From Candidatus Hydrogenedentota bacterium (GTDB lineage Bacteria; Hydrogenedentota; Hydrogenedentia; Hydrogenedentales; SLHB01), in the NCBI GenBank assembly GCA_034408725.1, contig JAWXCN010000262.1:1-12790 (forward strand): 12,790 bases of DNA, given 5' to 3'. This document shows, in pieces, positions 9,162 to 12,790 of this stretch. The stretch's first letter is position 1; the number at the start of each line of letters is the position of its first letter. The position numbers and the translations under genes were made by a program. The notes beneath the pieces are model-generated. The model was not told the origin of the DNA, searched no databases, and was given only the letters and a program-made list of their open reading frames with translations.

Positions 9162-9223
9162 ATCCCGCTGCTATATATGCGTAAAGTACCGTAAATATTC
9201 GACTTGGATTCGCCAGAAATCAT

Positions 9224-9259
9224 AAAAAAGACGACCCCGAGAGAAAATTCTCGGGGTCG
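9224..9259 (-). terminator. Rho-independent terminator of the acidic lipoprotein gene
   Basis: Perfect 11-bp stem CGACCCCGAGA (9232-9242) / TCTCGGGGTCG (9249-9259) with a 6-nt loop, followed on the minus strand by TCTTTTTT. Lies 50 nt after the stop at 9310. Confidence 0.85.
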
Positions 9260-9309
9260 GCGACCTGGTGTTTCGATATTCGAGGGTAAGGTTGGCGGAG
9301 CCCTAAACC

Positions 9310-10341
9310 CTAGTCATCATTTTCGTCGTCGTCGTCGTCGTCATCATCGTCATCATCATCGTCGTCGTCATCATCATCGTCATCATCATCATCGTGATCG
9401 CCGTCGTCATTGTCCCCGTCGTCGTGATCGCCATCGTTGTCGTCGTCGTGGTCGTCAAAGTCATCGTCATCTTCATCGCAGTTATACGCGACAAATTGTA
9501 CGGTGTCCGCCATAAGAACAAGGTCGTCATCATCAAGGATCAGAATGCCTGTCACGTATACGCAGGCGTCTTCTTCCAAATCTTCGGGCGTTCCTACGAC
9601 AGGCTCACCACCCTCGACATCGGGCGGCAGCAGGATCAGCGCTTCTGCGAAGTCAACTTCGATCTCGCTGTCGCCGATTTCCATCTCAAATTCGGACTCG
9701 TCAAGCTCGACGTCATCAATCGAACCCGACGTCTCAACATCTCCAATCACGAAGTCCGGGTCGCCGTCGTCAGTGTCATCGGGATCATCAATATTGGCTT
9801 CAAGTTCAAAATCTGCTTCGAGCAAAAGCGATTCATCCGCAAGCACAAGAATCTCAATATCGTCGAGTTCAAGCTTCAGAACGCCATGGCCATCAGCCAG
9901 AATCTCGAATTCCGCTTCCACCGTGTACTCACCGCCGAATGGCAACGCCACCGGAACGAGAACACCGGGGTTGTCAGCATTTTCAACTTCCGCGGTGGTG
10001 AGTACCAACGTGCCGCCGACATACACCCCAGCGGGAATGTCCGCGGCCGCGAGTATCGATGCCGCGGCGTCATCTGAAAGCAGGTCCACCTCAATTGGCG
10101 CAGGAAGCACTGGAACCAGGGAACCGTCCTCCTGCTCCAGCGTAATGCTTCCGACGGTCACAAACAGCGCGGCTAGCGTATCGCCGCCCTTTGACGATGC
10201 CAGATTCCCTGAGAGCATCACGGCGACTTTTCCGACCTCGGAAGCCGGAACAAGTCGCGGACAACCGCTTAAGGAAATCGCTACGGACGCTGTCGCGAAC
10301 ATGATTAGTAGAGTACGGAACACAAGCATCGCTCGGTGCAT
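9310..10341 (-). CDS. Highly acidic lipoprotein with DUF4382-like and DUF5666-like domains and a poly-Asp tail (343 aa)
   Basis: Start revised from the track's TTG at 10371 to ATG at 10341, which has AGGAGG 7 nt upstream. Signal peptide ends in lipobox LSG-C. VTVGSITL...EVDLL...DIPAGVY resembles DUF4382, and SGSIDDV...IEVD...EDLEEDACVYVTG...ADTVQF resembles DUF5666 (by eye). Confidence 0.8.
   Translation of the reverse strand: MHRAMLVFRTLLIMFATASVAISLSGCPRLVPASEVGKVAVMLSGNLASSKGGDTLAALFVTVGSITLEQEDGSLVPVLPAPIEVDLLSDDAAASILAAADIPAGVYVGGTLVLTTAEVENADNPGVLVPVALPFGGEYTVEAEFEILADGHGVLKLELDDIEILVLADESLLLEADFELEANIDDPDDTDDGDPDFVIGDVETSGSIDDVELDESEFEMEIGDSEIEVDFAEALILLPPDVEGGEPVVGTPEDLEEDACVYVTGILILDDDDLVLMADTVQFVAYNCDEDDDDFDDHDDDNDGDHDDGDNDDGDHDDDDDDDDDDDDDDDDDDDDDDDENDD
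9313..9477 (-). repeat. Coding GAT/GAC low-complexity repeat (55-aa Asp-rich tail)
   Basis: 23 consecutive Asp codons at 9325-9393. Segments 9331-9360 and 9361-9390 are 29/30 identical. DGDH units precede the run. Confidence 0.95.
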
Positions 10342-10428
10342 ACCAACCCCTCCTCTTTCGTACTGACTCAACTGAAACGTTTTACTTATATTGCCAGAGC
10401 GCCATCTTGCCGCTTAGCAATGGTCGAA

Positions 10429-10457
10429 ATACTATCATTTTCTTGCGGTATTTACAA
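10429..10457 (-). promoter_or_regulatory. Candidate sigma70 promoter of the acidic lipoprotein gene
   Basis: Minus strand TTGTAA (10457-10452), 17-nt spacer, TAGTAT (10434-10429) preceded by TGn (extended -10). An AT-rich tract lies upstream. Confidence 0.5.
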
Positions 10458-10538
10458 GATAATCAGGATATTCAATATTAAATTGTCATTTATTATTTAC
10501 TTTATGTGGCTTTTCAATGCTCAAAGCCGTTACCACAG

Positions 10539-10553
10539 CAGACAGACTGTCTG
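10539..10553. promoter_or_regulatory. Perfect 7-1-7 palindrome, possible protein-binding site
   Basis: CAGACAG-A-CTGTCTG in the intergenic region. Confidence 0.35.
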
Positions 10554-10576
10554 GATATGCCAAGGGGGGCCTTACA

Positions 10577-10705
10577 CTAATACTCGCTTTGCTCGAGATT
10601 TCTCAGTCCAAGCCGCATTGGTATAAAGGTTGTGGTCGCGCTCAGTGCTGCCATCCCGGACACCACCACGACAAGCGTTGCGTAGAAGTGCGTCGGGGTG
10701 GCATA
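10577..10705 (-). pseudogene. Orphan second copy of the 3' end of the permease gene (gene fragment, or a possible 55-aa small ORF at 10577-10744)
   Basis: Encodes YATPTHFYATLVVVVSGMAALSATTTFIPMRLGLRNLEQSEY*, versus YRSPSHFHATLVLVVAGMAVLSAVTTFLPMRLGLRNLDQSEY* at 12070-12198. 32/42 residues are identical, the alignment is ungapped, and the stop is at the same position. Confidence 0.85.
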
Positions 10706-10740
10706 CAGTTCTAGGAGTTTGTTCGGCGCGCCCCGCCATG

Positions 10741-11985
10741 TCACGGGAACGCCAAATTTTTCGGTGGAAACGTACCTATTGGCAACAACTCGATGTTGTT
10801 TCCGTGTTGCTGCCACCAATCCGACAGATGGGCCCTTAGCTTCTCGACAAATTTTGGAAATCTCGGGTCAATCGCGTCGCCAGGCCGCCCAGGTTGTGAA
10901 ATGCCGCTCGCCGCAGCGCTGTTGGACAGCATAGTCTCTACGCAGTCGCTGTAGGACACGGGTCCGGTGTTCGGGTCGTGCCGGTGTCCAACGAATGAAA
11001 TGGCAGTGATGGCACGAGGGACACGCGCGCGGTCGTTATAACTTGCGAGAATGAAGTTTGCCCACTCCGCGACATCTCCATCGCCTCGCGCAATCTCCGC
11101 TAGCGTTCTTCTCGCCTTCCGATTCTCTTCAACGAGAGCATGTGCTCCGCCAACAAGACACACTAATGGCTCGCGCGCATCCATTAGCTCCAGCGCCACT
11201 CTGTTTCGCTTCGCTACGGGGCATCCCCACAGCATAACTTTCGCCGCGCCCGCCAATTCAGAAGGCCAGCGAAACCCCAATTCTGAAGACTTGACTCTTG
11301 ACAGCTGCCTTGCCACAAACAATGAATCGGTATAAGACAACCGTTGTATTGCATGCAACCAGCCGGAAAACGCTTCGGCCTCGGCAACACTGCGAGATTC
11401 TCTGAGTCGAGCTTGCAGACTTTCTCTTTCCCCGGGCGCGAGCGGCTCCGGGGTTACTCCGACCAATGGTAATGCGTACTGTCGGTTCGTGTGTGGCAAG
11501 GAATCAACGGCTTGCCGAAGATCATCCAGATTGCCTCCAAACCCGGGGAACGCGTGCCGAAGCGAATCGGAATAAATTTCAGGCACCCGCACCCATCCCC
11601 AAGCGAGATGGTAACGGTAGCCGGCGTCCGGCTCTGGAAACCACGTCTTCCCCGTCGGATCGCCGGTTCCCGGTTGTCGGACGGGGATTTCTATCTTCTG
11701 GAACAACACGCGTTGTAACGCCCCGACATAACGCTCGCCGACGCGCGCGGTGCAATGGATGGTGAACTCCTCCATCCCCGGCTGGCCTCGCCACGCTTCG
11801 ACAACTCGAAACCTGGACGAATAAATCCCGGCGCCGGTGCACTCGACGACTCCAACGAAATCAGACGCGGCGATCAATTCCTGCCATGATCCTGGCTCTA
11901 CGGACGTTGCTATCGCGTCCATTTGCACCAATAATGTAGCGACGACCGTCCAGATGCGAGCGTATCTAATAGAGAATCCAGGCAT
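10741..11985 (-). CDS. Hypothetical exported protein, 414 aa; beta-rich N-terminal domain and helical (HEAT-like) C-terminal half
   Basis: Long ORF with ATG preceded by AAGGA. Signal-peptide-like N-terminus (RYARIWTVVATLLVQMDAIA-TS), then WQELIAASDFVGVVEC, amphipathic helical repeats (ALELMDAREPLVCLVGG, TLAEIARGDGDVAEWANFIL) and LSDWWQQH near the end. No family recognised with confidence. Confidence 0.75.
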   Translation of the reverse strand: MPGFSIRYARIWTVVATLLVQMDAIATSVEPGSWQELIAASDFVGVVECTGAGIYSSRFRVVEAWRGQPGMEEFTIHCTARVGERYVGALQRVLFQKIEIPVRQPGTGDPTGKTWFPEPDAGYRYHLAWGWVRVPEIYSDSLRHAFPGFGGNLDDLRQAVDSLPHTNRQYALPLVGVTPEPLAPGERESLQARLRESRSVAEAEAFSGWLHAIQRLSYTDSLFVARQLSRVKSSELGFRWPSELAGAAKVMLWGCPVAKRNRVALELMDAREPLVCLVGGAHALVEENRKARRTLAEIARGDGDVAEWANFILASYNDRARVPRAITAISFVGHRHDPNTGPVSYSDCVETMLSNSAAASGISQPGRPGDAIDPRFPKFVEKLRAHLSDWWQQHGNNIELLPIGTFPPKNLAFP

Positions 11986-12069
11986 GCTGTAAATCCTTTG
12001 CCAAATTCCACGTGAACAACGTAATCATCAGGAAATAATGCCACCCCCTACCTATAGTTGGCGGAGTCG

Positions 12070-12790
12070 TTAATATTCACTCTGGTCAAGGTTGCGAAGA
12101 CCCAGCCGCATCGGAAGGAATGTCGTGACCGCGCTAAGCACGGCCATCCCTGCGACAACGAGAACCAGCGTCGCATGGAAGTGCGAAGGAGACCGATATA
12201 CGCCCAACACTTCGGTCACCATCATGGTTGTCTGCGCGGCGATGATGAGTGTGATGTACCCCATGCTCAGCAGAAAGTTGAGCGTCCCACCCATGCCCGA
12301 AACGATGCGCGCAGGGTTGTCCTCCTGAAAATTTGGGTATAGGCTTCCCAGTCCTACAGATAAGCCGGACAGACCAAAATTCGTTATCACGATGCTATAG
12401 AGTGAAAGAGCGAAGAATATCGCATCAACCTCAAGCATGTAACAAGAGAGAAGCACAAGCGTGATCGTGAACGCGGATGTACTGCTGACACTCAACCAGA
12501 ATTTTTGCCAGATCAATTGCCGGTACGTAAGCGGTGCGAGACCGATCACCCAGAAACGTCGCCCTTCCAGACTGATTAGCGGAAATATAAACCGGCTTGT
12601 GAGTGTGGCAAGAATCAACGTGCAGGCGCCAATGTTCAGACACACGATCCAGGTGCGCCAGAACGCGGATTCCATTGCGACCGGCCGATCGCGAAGGCTC
12701 GCAATGTATACCGCCATGATGCCAAAGAAGATGACGAACTGAGACCATTGCGCGGGGTCGCGCCAAAACAGCTTGATGTCCTTCGTAACC
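12070..12790 (-). CDS. Putative ABC transporter permease subunit (ABC-2-like; resembles Pfam ABC_tran_2), C-terminal part; begins beyond the right edge
   Basis: The frame is open to the window edge (VTKDIKLFWRDPAQWSQFVIFFGIMAVY...), so the track's Met at 12717 is internal. Multiple TM segments and motifs KDxxxFxRD, FPLISLEGRRFW, APL...QKFW and GLGSLYPNFQEDNP. Confidence 0.8.
   Translation of the reverse strand, partial: VTKDIKLFWRDPAQWSQFVIFFGIMAVYIASLRDRPVAMESAFWRTWIVCLNIGACTLILATLTSRFIFPLISLEGRRFWVIGLAPLTYRQLIWQKFWLSVSSTSAFTITLVLLSCYMLEVDAIFFALSLYSIVITNFGLSGLSVGLGSLYPNFQEDNPARIVSGMGGTLNFLLSMGYITLIIAAQTTMMVTEVLGVYRSPSHFHATLVLVVAGMAVLSAVTTFLPMRLGLRNLDQSEY

Noticed and set aside
9313-9477. 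CRISPR array or non-coding satellite
   Set aside because: No repeat-spacer structure; it is an in-frame Asp-codon tract.
9204-10366. Plus-strand ORFs of 103, 227 and 309 aa and the minus-strand 77-aa Met/Thr ORF
   Set aside because: These are shadow frames of the Asp/Glu-rich lipoprotein. Their poly-Ser, Val/Ile, Arg/His and Met/Thr content is what GAT/GAC repeats give in other frames.
10577-10819. 80-aa ORF as listed in the track
   Set aside because: Its TTG start and first 25 codons lie inside the 414-aa gene in another frame and show no similarity to the permease. Only the 3' part is supported.
10380-12069. Sigma54 promoters at TGGCA motifs (near 10395, 10560 and 12040) and a Fur box near 10458
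   Set aside because: None of the TGGCA motifs has a correctly spaced -12 TTGC, and the GATAATC match does not extend into a Fur-type 19-bp dyad.
10577-12198. Diversity-generating retroelement TR/VR pair
   Set aside because: Mismatches involve all four bases and concentrate at third codon positions rather than at adenines of one copy. No reverse transcriptase is present in the window.
10700-12215. attL/attR or IS target-site duplication around the 414-aa gene
   Set aside because: No identity block at the 5' boundary of the duplication, no terminal inverted repeats seen, and no recombinase or transposase ORF.

Overview
Bacterial chromosomal window in which every supported gene lies on the minus strand. 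In transcription order it holds: the 3' part of a putative ABC-type permease (runs off the right edge); a 414-aa exported hypothetical protein; an orphan, synonymously diverged second copy of the permease's last ~42 codons; an extremely acidic lipoprotein (DUF4382/DUF5666-like, poly-Asp tail) with its own promoter and terminator; a TetR-OMF-MFP-RND efflux operon; then yjbQ, ybaB/ebfC, fmt and the 5' part of rsmB (runs off the left edge, missed by the ORF track). The most unusual feature is at 10577-12198. The 414-aa gene sits between two versions of the permease 3' end that are 76% identical in protein but only ~67% identical in DNA, with no indels and no integrase or att core. This suggests a gene-terminus-replacement cassette or an expressed one-helix mimic of the permease tail. 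Family calls are from motif recognition by eye and all counts are by hand; no database searches were run.
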